The notes beneath the pieces were generated by a model. That model was not told the DNA's origin. It did no database searches and saw only the letters and a program-made list of their open reading frames with translations. 64,000 nucleotides of DNA from positions 7,414 through 71,413 of the forward strand of contig JBATEX010000075.1 of assembly GCA_049664225.1 (NCBI GenBank), written 5' to 3'. Of the stretch, positions 19,872 through 29,842 are shown piece after piece; position 1 is the first letter of the stretch; every line of letters begins with the position of its first letter. The translations under genes were made by a program, and so were the position numbers. Source of the DNA: Thermoanaerobaculia bacterium (GTDB taxonomy: Bacteria; Acidobacteriota; Thermoanaerobaculia; Multivoradales; JAHEKO01).

Positions 19872-21509
19872 ATGAGAGCTCGGATCGCATTGATCTCACT
19901 TGTCGCGGCGATTCTGTCTGCACTCTTGCTGGCCCCAGCCCTGGTCTTTCCCTATTTCGAGGACGCCGCGCTCTTCGCGGCCGTGGCGAATTACATGCTC
20001 GAGGGCGAGACTCTCTACCGCGATGTCTTCGACCACAAGGCACCGGCCATCTACCTGCAGGAGATGATCCGGATCTCGCTTTTCGGCACCTCAGCGTTGG
20101 CCTCACGCGTCGTAGAGCTCGCATTTCTGTTCCTCGCGGGCCTCGGTCTTGGGGCAAGCGCCCTGGCTCTGCGATCCGACGATCACCAGGGACCGTCACT
20201 AGCCTTGCTTCTTCTGCTTCCGGTGAGCTTCTGCGCGTTCACCTCCTCGACGATCTGGATCCTGCCAGACCGTGGACAGGTCGAGTTCTTTCAAGCCGCG
20301 GTCGTGGCGCTGGGCTTGAGCGCAGCGCTGTTCAGCATCGCGCTCCCCGATCGTCGTCTTCCAGCACTGGTATCCGGCATGGCACTGGCCTGGGCGGCTT
20401 GGCTCAAGCCGCAAGCATCGGTACTCCTAGTCTTCTTCTTCCTGGTACTCCTGTGGGAAGGCGTACGGACGAATCGGGGCAAGCGCCGGGCCTGGGATCT
20501 GACTTTCGGGGTCGTCATCGTCTCGGTTGTCTTTGCTGTGTTCGTCATGATCTCGGGGAGCCTCGATGGCTTCTTTCACTTGTTCTCGAAGCACCATCCC
20601 GCCTACCTGGCAGGTGTACGACCTGTTCCCTCCAACCTGTTTGATCGATTCACCCATTACTTTCTCTCGACGCCTCGGAATCTCGTTGTCGCAGCTCTGA
20701 CGGCCCTGGGAGCTGTGCGGCTCGCCTGGCTGGCCCGGCGGCGATCGATCCGCTGGGCGTCCTGGCTTCTCATCGTCGGCACACTTGCCTGGGGCCTGGC
20801 CGCCTTCGCTTCAGGAGTCGCCGGTTTTCGCTACCATGCGGTGCCCGCTATGGTCGGGGTCTCGGTCCTGGTCGCCTGGGGTATGGAAGGTCTACTCCAC
20901 CTGGCTACCGGAACCCGAGACTCCTGGTGGAGGACCGTCGCAGGCGGAACACTTCTAGGACTCATCGGTGTTTGGCTAATTGCCACACCCCGATTCCTGG
21001 TCGATACGGCCGATCTCGCGGGCTGGTGGTCAGGCCGTGAGGCTCTCGCCTCCGTCCACGAACGGCGGGGCAACGAAGCTCACTACTACAGCTACGCCAG
21101 GGAGCTGGAAGCCTCACAGATCGTCCGCGAGATCGTTCCCGAAGGCCAGAGCATCTACGTCTTGGGATTGGCCGGCGTCACCTATCTGCTCGGCGAGCGG
21201 CCGACCGCTGGCCGCCATCTCGTCACTACCTTCGCCTACATGCCGGGCTACTCGCTGGCCGACAGCGTCCACCAGGAAATCGTCGAGACGGTGCGGGATC
21301 AGCAGCCAGAGCTCCTCCTGGTCAGGACGAACGACTCTTTTCCCTGGTTCGGCCTCCCCTATTCCTCTGTCCAGCGCCTGATGCAGGACAAAGCGTTGCT
21401 ACCCATCGTGCGGCAGCACTATCGGCCCGCCGGCCGGATCGGGGACTACTTCTTGATTCTTCAGCGGTGCCCTGGGCTCAGCTGTGCTGAGTCCAGGCCG
21501 ACGCCCTGA
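19872..21509 (+). CDS. polytopic membrane protein, GT-C (PMT_2/ArnT-like) glycosyltransferase candidate
   Basis: 545 aa with more than 10 TMs. The first loop, FEDAALFAAVANYMLEGETLYRDVFDHKAPAIYL, resembles the GT-C acidic loop. Confidence 0.5.
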   Translation: MRARIALISLVAAILSALLLAPALVFPYFEDAALFAAVANYMLEGETLYRDVFDHKAPAIYLQEMIRISLFGTSALASRVVELAFLFLAGLGLGASALALRSDDHQGPSLALLLLLPVSFCAFTSSTIWILPDRGQVEFFQAAVVALGLSAALFSIALPDRRLPALVSGMALAWAAWLKPQASVLLVFFFLVLLWEGVRTNRGKRRAWDLTFGVVIVSVVFAVFVMISGSLDGFFHLFSKHHPAYLAGVRPVPSNLFDRFTHYFLSTPRNLVVAALTALGAVRLAWLARRRSIRWASWLLIVGTLAWGLAAFASGVAGFRYHAVPAMVGVSVLVAWGMEGLLHLATGTRDSWWRTVAGGTLLGLIGVWLIATPRFLVDTADLAGWWSGREALASVHERRGNEAHYYSYARELEASQIVREIVPEGQSIYVLGLAGVTYLLGERPTAGRHLVTTFAYMPGYSLADSVHQEIVETVRDQQPELLLVRTNDSFPWFGLPYSSVQRLMQDKALLPIVRQHYRPAGRIGDYFLILQRCPGLSCAESRPTP

Positions 21510-21573
21510 GAACAAAGAAAGCCCCCGATCTCCCGGGGGCCGAAGCACCTCGAGGACAAATTCAATCCGGCTG

Positions 21574-24500
21574 CTAAAAACCGAGTGGCAGCAGCGCCCG
21601 ACTCGCCATGATTCCGGCCAAACGTTTGGCGCTCACACCCGAGGAGGAAGAGCCGCTCGTTTTCTGATTTTCTTCCCACTCCTCACGGCTCATGACGTTG
21701 ATCACCTCCAAACCTCGACCCTGAAGCTGCGAGTTCAAGGACGTGAGATCTTTGCTCGTCGTGAGCTCCTCGAACCGGGCCTCGGCCGCCGTCAATTGAC
21801 CTATCAGTACGTCCTTGCGGTCGATCTGCGACTGGGTCGGGCGTCCGTCGTAGTTGACAATACCGCCGAAGAGGTTGCCCATCTTCTCCCTCAGCTTCTC
21901 GTCACCAGAGATCCAGCCAGTCTCCGCCGTGGAGACCAACGAACCGCGGAACGTTTCCAACTCGTCGGCATAGGCTTCGAGATTCTTGGCCAGTCCGCCT
22001 CGGCCGCTCGCCTCCTCTGCCCGACCCTTGGTCTGGTCCCGCACATCGATCAGGGTGTCGATGACGTAGGTCAGACCCTCCAGGGCATCGTAGAGCTCGA
22101 GGGCGGTCTCCTGCTGCAGCTTACGATCCTCCGCCGAATGGGGTGAACGGGGATCGGCCACCAGGTTCACGGTCCCTTCGAAGGTGTCCTTGCCCTTGAT
22201 CAGCTTGTAGGTATAGGTACCCTCTGGCACCCGCGGACCCTGGAAGACGAAAACCAGGTTCGTGGCGGGAGGCAGCTTGGGTGGAGGCAGCCGCATGGGC
22301 CAGTCCGCCCGATTCAGACCCTTCACCTTCGGTGCGGGAATCGTGGTGATCAGCTCACCTTCGGAGTCGTAGATCTCGACTTTGAGATCGCCGAAGATGT
22401 GCCGCTTCTTCTGATAGTAGAAGATGCTCGCCGCCTCGGGCGGGTTCCTCCCAGAGAACTCGTCGCTACCCGTGAACCAGGACATGCCGCCCGAAACCGC
22501 CATGACCGCGTCGCGAGCCGGCAGCAAGGCCAGATTGGCCTCGAGGGTCTCAGCAGTCAGGGCGCGGAGAGGGGTCAGGTCGTCGAGGATATAGATACCT
22601 CGGCCGTGGGTGCCGACGATCAAATCGTGATCGCGCGGATGGATGTCCAGATCCCGTACGGGTACCGGCGGTAGACCGCCCTTGAATCGCGCCCACCGGC
22701 TGCCACTGTCCAAGGTGACGTACAGTCCAAACTCGGTGCCGGCGTACAGGAGGTCGGGGTTCACCGGATCCTGTGCCACGACATGGGCGAAGCTCTCGAT
22801 GCCCTCACTGACGATGGACTCCCATGTGGAACCGAAGTCAGTGGTTCGGTAGAGGTAGGTGTTCATGTCGCCCGATCGATGCCCATCCACGGACAAATGC
22901 GCCGTACCCTCCTCGTGAGGGCTCGCCTCCACGTGAGAGATCCAGAGGCCGCCGGGTAGGTCCGGAATATTGGCGGTCACGTTGGTCCAGCTCTCACCGC
23001 CGTCCCGGGTCACCTGCACGAGGCCGTCGTCAGTACCCACCCACAGGACCTCGGGGTTCTTGGGCGATTCCGAGATCGTGTAGATGGTGGCGTTGTTCTC
23101 GGCCGTCGAGTTGTCAATCGTCAGACCACCGGTCTCCATCTGACGCTGCCGTTGTGGGTCGTTGGTCGTCAGATCCGGCGAAATCTTCTGCCACGATTCG
23201 CCCCGGTCTGGCGACCGGAACAGGTACTGGCCACCGTAGTAGAGGGTGCCCGGAGAGCTGGGCGACAGATGCAGCGCCGTGTTCCAGTTGAATCGATAGT
23301 CCTCCTCGCCCTCGCCCGGCAGGGGCCGAATCTCTTTGGACTCCCCTGTTGACAAGTAATAGCGAGTCAGGTTTCCACCCTGGAACTCGGCGTAGATGAT
23401 GTCCGTCTCCTCGGGGTCTCTGTAGGTATGAAAGCCGTCGCCCTGACCCACGAGGGTCCAGTCCTTGTTCTCGATGCCGCCGGCCGAGCGCGAGGGACCC
23501 ATCCAGGAGCCGTTGTCCTGCAGACCCCCGAATACGTTGTAGGGCCGGTCGAAGTCGTAACTGACCTCGTAGAACTGGGAGACAGGCAGGGCCTTGATGA
23601 GCCGGAAGTGGGCGGCCCGGTCATAGGACATGTAGACGCCACCGTCGGTTCCCAGGAGCAGCTCGTAGGGATTGTCGGGATTGATCCAAAGGGCGTGGTG
23701 GTCGCTGTGCACCGCCATGTCGAACCCACCGCTCAAGATCGAGGTGAAGGACTTACCGGAATCCGTCGAGACCCCCAAATAGAACCCCGGTTTGTAGACC
23801 CGCTCGAAATCTTCCGGATCTACCACGACATAGGCGAAGTAGAAGGGACGACTCTTGACCGCCAGAGAGTTGTTCATCTGCTCCCAGCTCTCTCCGAGAT
23901 CGTCCGATTTGTAGAGGGCCGTCTCCTCGGCCTCGACCACGGCATAGACTCGACTCGGACGGCTCGGAGCCACGGTGACTGCGACGCGCCCCTTCTCGCC
24001 TTCGGGCAGACCGGCGGTCAGCTCTTTCCAGTTCTTGCCGCCGTCGGTCGATTTGTAAAGCCCACTTCCAGGACCGCCGGATTCGAAGAAGTCCGGGTAT
24101 CGCCGAAACTGCCACATGCCGGCATAGAGGATGTTGGGGCTCTGGGGATCGATCGCGATATCCGAGCACCCGGTGTTCTCATCCACCCAGAGAACCCGCT
24201 CCCAGTTCTCGCCGCCGTCGGTGGTCTTATAGACACCGCGCTCCTCGTTTGCGCTCCACAGCTGGCCTGTGGCACAGACGTAGACCGTGTCGCTTTCGTC
24301 CGCATCGATGACGATGCGCGCGATGCGCTCCGAGTCACCCAAACCGACGAACTTCCAGCTGTCGCCGCCATCCGTCGACTTGTAGACGCCGGCGCCTACC
24401 GAGACGCTGTTGCGAACCCACGACTCTCCGGTGCCGACCCAAACGGTGTTCGAGTCCTGCGGATCGATCCGAATCGCACCAATAGACTGGATATAGTCAT

Positions 24501-24759
24501 CGAAGATCGGCTTCCAGGTCAGGCCGCCATCCTTCGATTTCCACACGCCACCGCTCGCGGCTCCGGCGTATATCGTCAACGGATCCGCGGGTACGGCGTC
24601 AATAGCGGCGATCCGGCCACTCATGACAGCCGGACCGATGGAACGCGCATGCAAGCCTCCAAAGGTATTGGAGTCGATCTCGACTTGCGCCCTGACTGGC
24701 AGACCATGCCCAAACAGGGCAACCATCAGGATGCCTGTCTTCAAGAGATTGCTCTTCAT
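21574..24759 (-). CDS. BNR/Asp-box repeat (sortilin/VPS10-like) secreted protein
   Basis: 1061 aa with a signal peptide. It has many SxDxGxTW boxes (KSKDGGLTW, KSTDGGDSW, KTTDGGENW, KSTDGGKNW, TRDGGESW). An RBS GGGAGAG precedes the ATG. Confidence 0.85.
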   Translation of the reverse strand: MKSNLLKTGILMVALFGHGLPVRAQVEIDSNTFGGLHARSIGPAVMSGRIAAIDAVPADPLTIYAGAASGGVWKSKDGGLTWKPIFDDYIQSIGAIRIDPQDSNTVWVGTGESWVRNSVSVGAGVYKSTDGGDSWKFVGLGDSERIARIVIDADESDTVYVCATGQLWSANEERGVYKTTDGGENWERVLWVDENTGCSDIAIDPQSPNILYAGMWQFRRYPDFFESGGPGSGLYKSTDGGKNWKELTAGLPEGEKGRVAVTVAPSRPSRVYAVVEAEETALYKSDDLGESWEQMNNSLAVKSRPFYFAYVVVDPEDFERVYKPGFYLGVSTDSGKSFTSILSGGFDMAVHSDHHALWINPDNPYELLLGTDGGVYMSYDRAAHFRLIKALPVSQFYEVSYDFDRPYNVFGGLQDNGSWMGPSRSAGGIENKDWTLVGQGDGFHTYRDPEETDIIYAEFQGGNLTRYYLSTGESKEIRPLPGEGEEDYRFNWNTALHLSPSSPGTLYYGGQYLFRSPDRGESWQKISPDLTTNDPQRQRQMETGGLTIDNSTAENNATIYTISESPKNPEVLWVGTDDGLVQVTRDGGESWTNVTANIPDLPGGLWISHVEASPHEEGTAHLSVDGHRSGDMNTYLYRTTDFGSTWESIVSEGIESFAHVVAQDPVNPDLLYAGTEFGLYVTLDSGSRWARFKGGLPPVPVRDLDIHPRDHDLIVGTHGRGIYILDDLTPLRALTAETLEANLALLPARDAVMAVSGGMSWFTGSDEFSGRNPPEAASIFYYQKKRHIFGDLKVEIYDSEGELITTIPAPKVKGLNRADWPMRLPPPKLPPATNLVFVFQGPRVPEGTYTYKLIKGKDTFEGTVNLVADPRSPHSAEDRKLQQETALELYDALEGLTYVIDTLIDVRDQTKGRAEEASGRGGLAKNLEAYADELETFRGSLVSTAETGWISGDEKLREKMGNLFGGIVNYDGRPTQSQIDRKDVLIGQLTAAEARFEELTTSKDLTSLNSQLQGRGLEVINVMSREEWEENQKTSGSSSSGVSAKRLAGIMASRALLPLGF

Positions 24760-24774
24760 GGTCTCTCTCCCTGA

Positions 24775-25524
24775 CTACTCGGCCGCCTCGGCGGTAGGTG
24801 CAGGCATGGCAAAGAGATCGTCGGAGACCTCGATGCCGACCTCGATCTCATCGATCGTGATTACCTGGCCGGCGGGCGCACCCATCGGCTTGCTCTCGAT
24901 CGAGTGGGGAAACATCAGGCCACCAACCTCTTTGTAGTCGCTGAGAATGGTCTCGAACTCCACCTCGTTGCCCTGCATCGTGGTCTTGCCTTCCTGCTTG
25001 ATCGTGATGAAGTACTCACTATCCAGGAAGTGGTACCGCACATCCCCGTTAGCCAGATCCACCTTGATCTTGTAGGCCTCGGTGCCGTCGACATCCTCCA
25101 GGCCGATCAGTTCGACTTTGTGGCCCTTTTCCTGCCAATCCACGAGGGGGCCGTCGATGTCGGCCTGCTCCTGCATATTCTTCGCTTGATCGTCGGCCAT
25201 CACTTCGGCGTCGGACTTGCCCATGAACGGCATGACCATCCATGCGGCCTCTCCGTCGTAAGCCTGGATTCCGGTCATACCCTGCATCGTGAACTCGAGC
25301 CGGGCCCTCATCGGCCGTTTGAAGAACATCTTGAATGGCGCCTCGGCACCCGGCCCCATAGCCATCCGGCCGACGAACGTCGCCGTTTCCATGCCTTTGA
25401 TGGCGTCCAGGCCGCCGAGCGCGTCATAGTGATTGGCCAGGACCTGATCCAGAGTCAACTCTTCGGCGACCGCCGGAAGAGCGAGCAGGGCAAGTACAGC
25501 ACCCAGGAGAATGGTTTTCCGCAT
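24775..25524 (-). CDS. secreted hypothetical protein (possible LolA-fold lipoprotein-sorting-like)
   Basis: The start is ATG 25524, with GGGAGG 6 nt upstream. It has the signal peptide MRKTILLGAVLALLALPAVA. The functional guess is weak. Confidence 0.5.
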   Translation of the reverse strand: MRKTILLGAVLALLALPAVAEELTLDQVLANHYDALGGLDAIKGMETATFVGRMAMGPGAEAPFKMFFKRPMRARLEFTMQGMTGIQAYDGEAAWMVMPFMGKSDAEVMADDQAKNMQEQADIDGPLVDWQEKGHKVELIGLEDVDGTEAYKIKVDLANGDVRYHFLDSEYFITIKQEGKTTMQGNEVEFETILSDYKEVGGLMFPHSIESKPMGAPAGQVITIDEIEVGIEVSDDLFAMPAPTAEAAE

Positions 25525-25750
25525 CTTTGACCTCCCGTTTTCAGCTTGTGTGGGGAACGAACTTCTTGTGAACTCATTACCTCGCACGCCAGAAGGCGTG
25601 GTGAGCTCGACTCGGCCCGTAGTCTACACCGGCAAGAGTCCTCTGTCTCAAGTACTTCACAGAACTCACAAAACCCGATCCTGTCGCATTCCGTATGACA
25701 CGATGAAGCGTCCCGTTCACCTTTCCGCCGGACCCGTGAGGAGACCAGGT

Positions 25751-26443
25751 ATGCCCTCAAAATCGCCCTACTTCAACCGAGCGTTCTTCCAGTTCCTGGA
25801 GGATTTGAAGCAGAACAATCAGCGCGAGTGGTTTCAAGCCAACAAGCAACGCTACGAGGACGAGGTGAGACATCCCGCGCAGCAGTTCATCAGTGACTTC
25901 GGACCCGAGCTGCGCAGGATCAGTCCACATTTCCTCGCCGACCCTCGCCCTTCCGGTGGCTCCATGTTCCGAATCTACCGGGACACTCGGTTCGCCAAAG
26001 ACAAGAGTCCCTACAAGACTCATGTGGGAATCCAGTTCCGCCACAAGCAGGGCAAGGACGTCCACGCTCCTGGCTTCTACCTCCACCTCGAACCTGGAGG
26101 CTGTTTCGCCGGGGTCGGGATCTGGCACCCGGACGCGAGCTCTCTATCCGCCATCCGTACCGCTATGGCCGAGCAGCCGGCGCGATGGAAGCGGATCACA
26201 CAATCGAAACGATTTACCGAGACCCTGGAGTTGGCGGGAGAGTCCCTGAAGCGGGCGCCCAAGGGTTTCGACCCCGACCACGCCTTGATCGAGGACCTCA
26301 AGCGCAAGGACTTCATCGGTGTTGCCAACTTCGAGGCGAAGACCGCGGGAGATCCCGACTTCTTGACGGAGTACAGGAAACTCTGCCGAAAGGGCAGCCC
26401 CCTGGTCGAGTTTCTGTGCGAAGCCGTCGACGTACCCTTCTGA
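25751..26443 (+). CDS. DUF2461 (TIGR02453) family protein
   Basis: The start is ATG 25751. Motifs are FFQFLEDLKQNNQREWFQANKQRYE, GGSMFRIYRDTRFAKDKSPYKTH and GFYLHLEPGG. Confidence 0.8.
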   Translation: MPSKSPYFNRAFFQFLEDLKQNNQREWFQANKQRYEDEVRHPAQQFISDFGPELRRISPHFLADPRPSGGSMFRIYRDTRFAKDKSPYKTHVGIQFRHKQGKDVHAPGFYLHLEPGGCFAGVGIWHPDASSLSAIRTAMAEQPARWKRITQSKRFTETLELAGESLKRAPKGFDPDHALIEDLKRKDFIGVANFEAKTAGDPDFLTEYRKLCRKGSPLVEFLCEAVDVPF

Positions 26444-26511
26444 GCCTGACTCGAACTTCGCGAAACCGGACCGCGTATCGTAGAGTTCAAGTGCTCTGAG
26501 AGGAGGTCCTG

Positions 26512-27315
26512 ATGGTCAAGCGCCCAACGATTCTGACAACGCTCGTTCTCTACACCCTGCTGGCAGCGGTCGGGGCGGCCCTGGGGGCATCGGAACCCAA
26601 CCCGCCGGCTGAAGGCTTCAACCTGCAGGGCTCCGACTCGGAGGCGATTGAGATCGCTGACCGCGTCATGGTCGAGCTCGGAGGGCGCCAGGCCTGGGAC
26701 GAGACCCGGTTCCTCACCTGGAGCTTCTTTGGTCGACGCCGCCATGTCTGGGACAAGCAAACCGGTGACCTACGGATCGAAGGTGCCGACCGCGAGACCG
26801 AGCGCCCCTACTTGATCCTCATGAATCTGCGCACCCAACAGGGTCGGGCCTGGATAGACGGAGTCCCGGTAACAGACGTAGACGAGCTGGCGGCGATGCT
26901 GGAAAACGGCGAGAGTGCCTGGATCAACGACAGCTACTGGATGTTCATGCCCTACAAGCTCAAGGACTCTGGCGTGACCTTGAAGCACGTCGGCAAGGGA
27001 CAGATGCAGGATGGTCGTCCGGCCGAGGTGCTGCAGCTGACTTTCGAGGCCGTCGGCAATACGCCTGAGAACAAGTACCGCGTCTACGTCGCGGCAGACA
27101 GCGGCCTGGTCGAGCAATGGGACTTCTACGCCAATGCGGACGACGAGGAACCGCGCTTCTCCTCGCCCTGGCGCAACTGGCAGCGCTATGGCCGAATCCT
27201 CCTCTCGGACAACCGTGGCGAGAACGGCCACACCGATATCGCTGTCCTGGAGGCCCTGCCACCCGAGGTCCTGACGAGCCCCGAGCCGGTCGACTGGCAG
27301 GCCCTGATCCCTTGA
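26512..27315 (+). CDS. secreted hypothetical protein
   Basis: 267 aa with a GAGGAGG RBS and a signal peptide. I recognise no domain. Confidence 0.55.
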   Translation: MVKRPTILTTLVLYTLLAAVGAALGASEPNPPAEGFNLQGSDSEAIEIADRVMVELGGRQAWDETRFLTWSFFGRRRHVWDKQTGDLRIEGADRETERPYLILMNLRTQQGRAWIDGVPVTDVDELAAMLENGESAWINDSYWMFMPYKLKDSGVTLKHVGKGQMQDGRPAEVLQLTFEAVGNTPENKYRVYVAADSGLVEQWDFYANADDEEPRFSSPWRNWQRYGRILLSDNRGENGHTDIAVLEALPPEVLTSPEPVDWQALIP

Positions 27316-27350
27316 TCCCCGGCACTGTGGACAAGCTGGACTCTGTACGC

Positions 27351-27374
27351 AGGACCCGAGACCCAAGACCCAGG
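27351..27374. repeat. 8-nt-period GGACCCNA-type repeat (3 units)
   Basis: aggacccgagacccaagacccagg lies between convergent genes (26512..27315 on the plus strand, 27393..28304 on the minus strand). Confidence 0.7.
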
Positions 27375-27392
27375 CCGGTAGGGTTGGCGGGG

Positions 27393-28304
27393 CTAGAGCC
27401 TGCCGAGTTGGCTGTCCGACCGGCCCGACTCGAGGAAGAAGACCAAAAGATAGAGGACCGGAAGTGCCATGATCAGGCCCTTCCCGACTCGGTATGCGGT
27501 ATACCAGCCTGGGGTTCCCCGCTGCAAAACCTCCAATTCCTCCACGAAGACCACTTCACACAGGGTGTCGGTTCGCACGGTGCTGGATCGCCGCCAGAAG
27601 GTCTCCCAGTCGTCCATCTGATAGTCCACCAGCAGCCCCCTCATTCGGACCTGGTCGCCGACCCTGACCCCGGCGATCTGGTCTCGAATCGACGGGTCGT
27701 CAGTGATGAGGTGGTTGTTGCCGAGCTCGTGGTGGGCGAACTTCACGCCCTGCGGGTATTGGAAGTAGCAGGTCCACGACCCGCTCTTGAACTCGACCTG
27801 CCGGAAATCGTCCTTTTCGAGGTTGCCGCCCCAGATGACACAGAGATCCTTGGTATCGACCGACGTGCTGTCATGGTAGAGGTCGGCGATGCTCTCGATG
27901 TTGTTGTGACTGACAACGAGGCCCCACAACTCATAGGTGGCCACCGGCTTTACCCGACATTGCTGCCCCTTGTACTCGAACTCGAAGAGCTCTCGGGCCG
28001 TGGCTCCTTGCTCGGGCTCCTGCAGCAGGGGTGCTTCGATGGCAGCGGAGGTAACCAGGCGACCCTTCATGAACCAGGCGACTGCGGTCAGGGCAACGGC
28101 CCCGACAAGCAGCGGTCCGATCAGACGGCGTATGGTGTACAGAGACAAGGGTGGACTCGAAGGGGCGTCGGTGGTGGCGAATCTCGAGAACGTGTGGTTC
28201 TTCCGGCGATGGCCAAAACGATACCAGCTTGCAGTCGAGGTAGTAGGCCCGATGATGCTCGAGCCCACCCCGAACCCAGGAGTCTTCGGCGCCGTAGCCT
28301 TCAA
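27393..28304 (-). CDS. hypothetical membrane protein (start uncertain)
   Basis: 303-aa ORF from TTG 28304. It has a single TM (LIGPLLVGAVALTAVAWFM) and a C-terminal TM. The true start may be internal, because the first ~55 aa look non-protein-like. Confidence 0.4.
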   Translation of the reverse strand: MKATAPKTPGFGVGSSIIGPTTSTASWYRFGHRRKNHTFSRFATTDAPSSPPLSLYTIRRLIGPLLVGAVALTAVAWFMKGRLVTSAAIEAPLLQEPEQGATARELFEFEYKGQQCRVKPVATYELWGLVVSHNNIESIADLYHDSTSVDTKDLCVIWGGNLEKDDFRQVEFKSGSWTCYFQYPQGVKFAHHELGNNHLITDDPSIRDQIAGVRVGDQVRMRGLLVDYQMDDWETFWRRSSTVRTDTLCEVVFVEELEVLQRGTPGWYTAYRVGKGLIMALPVLYLLVFFLESGRSDSQLGRL

Positions 28305-28343
28305 TGCTCATTAAGCTCCTAGCGAAGTCACTGGGGTCCGACC

Positions 28344-29750
28344 TTGCGTAGTCTCCTGACCATCCTCTTGGTTCTCCTGGCGGGCATCGGCCTCTTTCTG
28401 GCCCTGCGGTCGACCGGGCCTGTCTTCTACCTGGGTGGTATTCAGGTCAACGAGCCCGACCACGGCGCATGGGTTCGCGCCCTGACGGAGAGCGGGATGA
28501 ACACGGTCGCGGTCACCGTCTATGCGAAGCAGGGGGATTGGGACTCGACGAATCTCTGGTGGGAGGACGAGGAGCCCTGGGTCGTTTCGGAAGCCCGTGC
28601 CGCCAGAAATGCGGGTCTCGACGTGGTGCTGGTACTACGCGTCGCCCTCGATCACGCCTTCGAGCGCAACAAATTCTTCTGGCACGGCATGATCATGCCG
28701 GACTCCGATGAGGCCTTGAACGAGTGGTTCGATCGATATAGCGACTACGTTCTCGAATGGGCTCGCATCGCAGAGGAAGAGGGCATCGATGTCCTGGCGA
28801 TCGGTAGCGAGCTCAACTCGATGGCCGATACCGTGCCAGTGGACGAGCTGCCAGCTCTCGAGGAGTACTGGTCCAACGAAGAAAAAGTGGACCACGAGAA
28901 CGCCAAGGTCCTGGAGCACCGGGAGGCGATCGAGGGAAAGCAGATCTGGGTGCGCGGCAGCGAAGGATACGAGGGCATCGAACCCTATCTCGATGATCGG
29001 GCCGCGGCCCACGCACAATGGGCCGAGAAGGTCTCGTTTCTCGACGCCACAGACCCGATAACGAAGGTCAATGCCCGGCGCCGACTGATCGCAGGACGAT
29101 GGGCCGGGCTCATCGACCAGGTTCGAGAGGTCTACAGCGGTTCCCTGACCTATGCCGCCAATTTCGATCAGTTCGAGTCGGTGGGCTTCTGGAACAAGCT
29201 GGATCTCATCAGCATCAACGCCTACTTTCCCCTCCGCAAGCGTGATCTGCCCGAGTCGACCGCCGGCCCACGAACGGCCCTCTTCACGACCCGCTGGACG
29301 AACATCTTTCAGACCATAGATGCGCTTCGGATCCGTCAGGGTGTTCCCGATCACAGGGTACTGTTTACCGAGCTGGGCTATACCCGACGAGCCAACTCGA
29401 CGATCGAGCCCTGGGCGGCCAATGGCTTTTCGGTGCGGCCGTCGCCTTCGGGCTCACGTCTGATGATCTGGGAGGAGCAGCCCGACGATCCGACAGAGCG
29501 AGCCGAGGCGGTCAGGGGCCTCTACGAAGCGAACCTGGCCATGGGAGGAGATCTTCTGGCCGGTATTCTCTATTGGAAGCTCTCCACGGAACCGGCCCAC
29601 TCGGAAGTCGAGCCCTTCGTCCTCATCATCGGCGGACGCTCTGATGAAGATCCCCTGTTGGCAGAGCTGCAGCGTTTCACGGCCGAGCTGCCCGTAGAAT
29701 CGAGGCGTCACCGGGCAATCTCGAAGCTCCGCGGGTTGCTTCCAGACTGA
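28344..29750 (+). CDS. membrane-anchored TIM-barrel glycoside-hydrolase-like protein (clan GH-A-like)
   Basis: 468 aa with an N-terminal TM. AIGSELNS and LFTELGY are spaced like the acid/base and nucleophile Glu motifs of GH-A enzymes. This is by eye only. Confidence 0.4.
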   Translation: MRSLLTILLVLLAGIGLFLALRSTGPVFYLGGIQVNEPDHGAWVRALTESGMNTVAVTVYAKQGDWDSTNLWWEDEEPWVVSEARAARNAGLDVVLVLRVALDHAFERNKFFWHGMIMPDSDEALNEWFDRYSDYVLEWARIAEEEGIDVLAIGSELNSMADTVPVDELPALEEYWSNEEKVDHENAKVLEHREAIEGKQIWVRGSEGYEGIEPYLDDRAAAHAQWAEKVSFLDATDPITKVNARRRLIAGRWAGLIDQVREVYSGSLTYAANFDQFESVGFWNKLDLISINAYFPLRKRDLPESTAGPRTALFTTRWTNIFQTIDALRIRQGVPDHRVLFTELGYTRRANSTIEPWAANGFSVRPSPSGSRLMIWEEQPDDPTERAEAVRGLYEANLAMGGDLLAGILYWKLSTEPAHSEVEPFVLIIGGRSDEDPLLAELQRFTAELPVESRRHRAISKLRGLLPD

Positions 29751-29842
29751 ACCAGGAGCATCGAGACGCAACAGTCGTGTGGCAACAGGACGTGGAGCCC
29801 CACATCGAGCAGGTTCTCCAGCTGGTACCCTGAGGCGATTGC

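Noticed and set aside
23428-24774. 448-aa plus-strand ORF inside the BNR-repeat gene
   Set aside because: It is antisense to a 1061-aa gene with many Asp-box motifs, so it is a shadow frame.
27117-28322. 401-aa plus-strand ORF spanning the end of 26512..27315 and all of 27393..28304
   Set aside because: It crosses a convergent gene junction and the octamer repeat. Its Pro/Arg/Gly-rich low-complexity translation is not credible as a gene.
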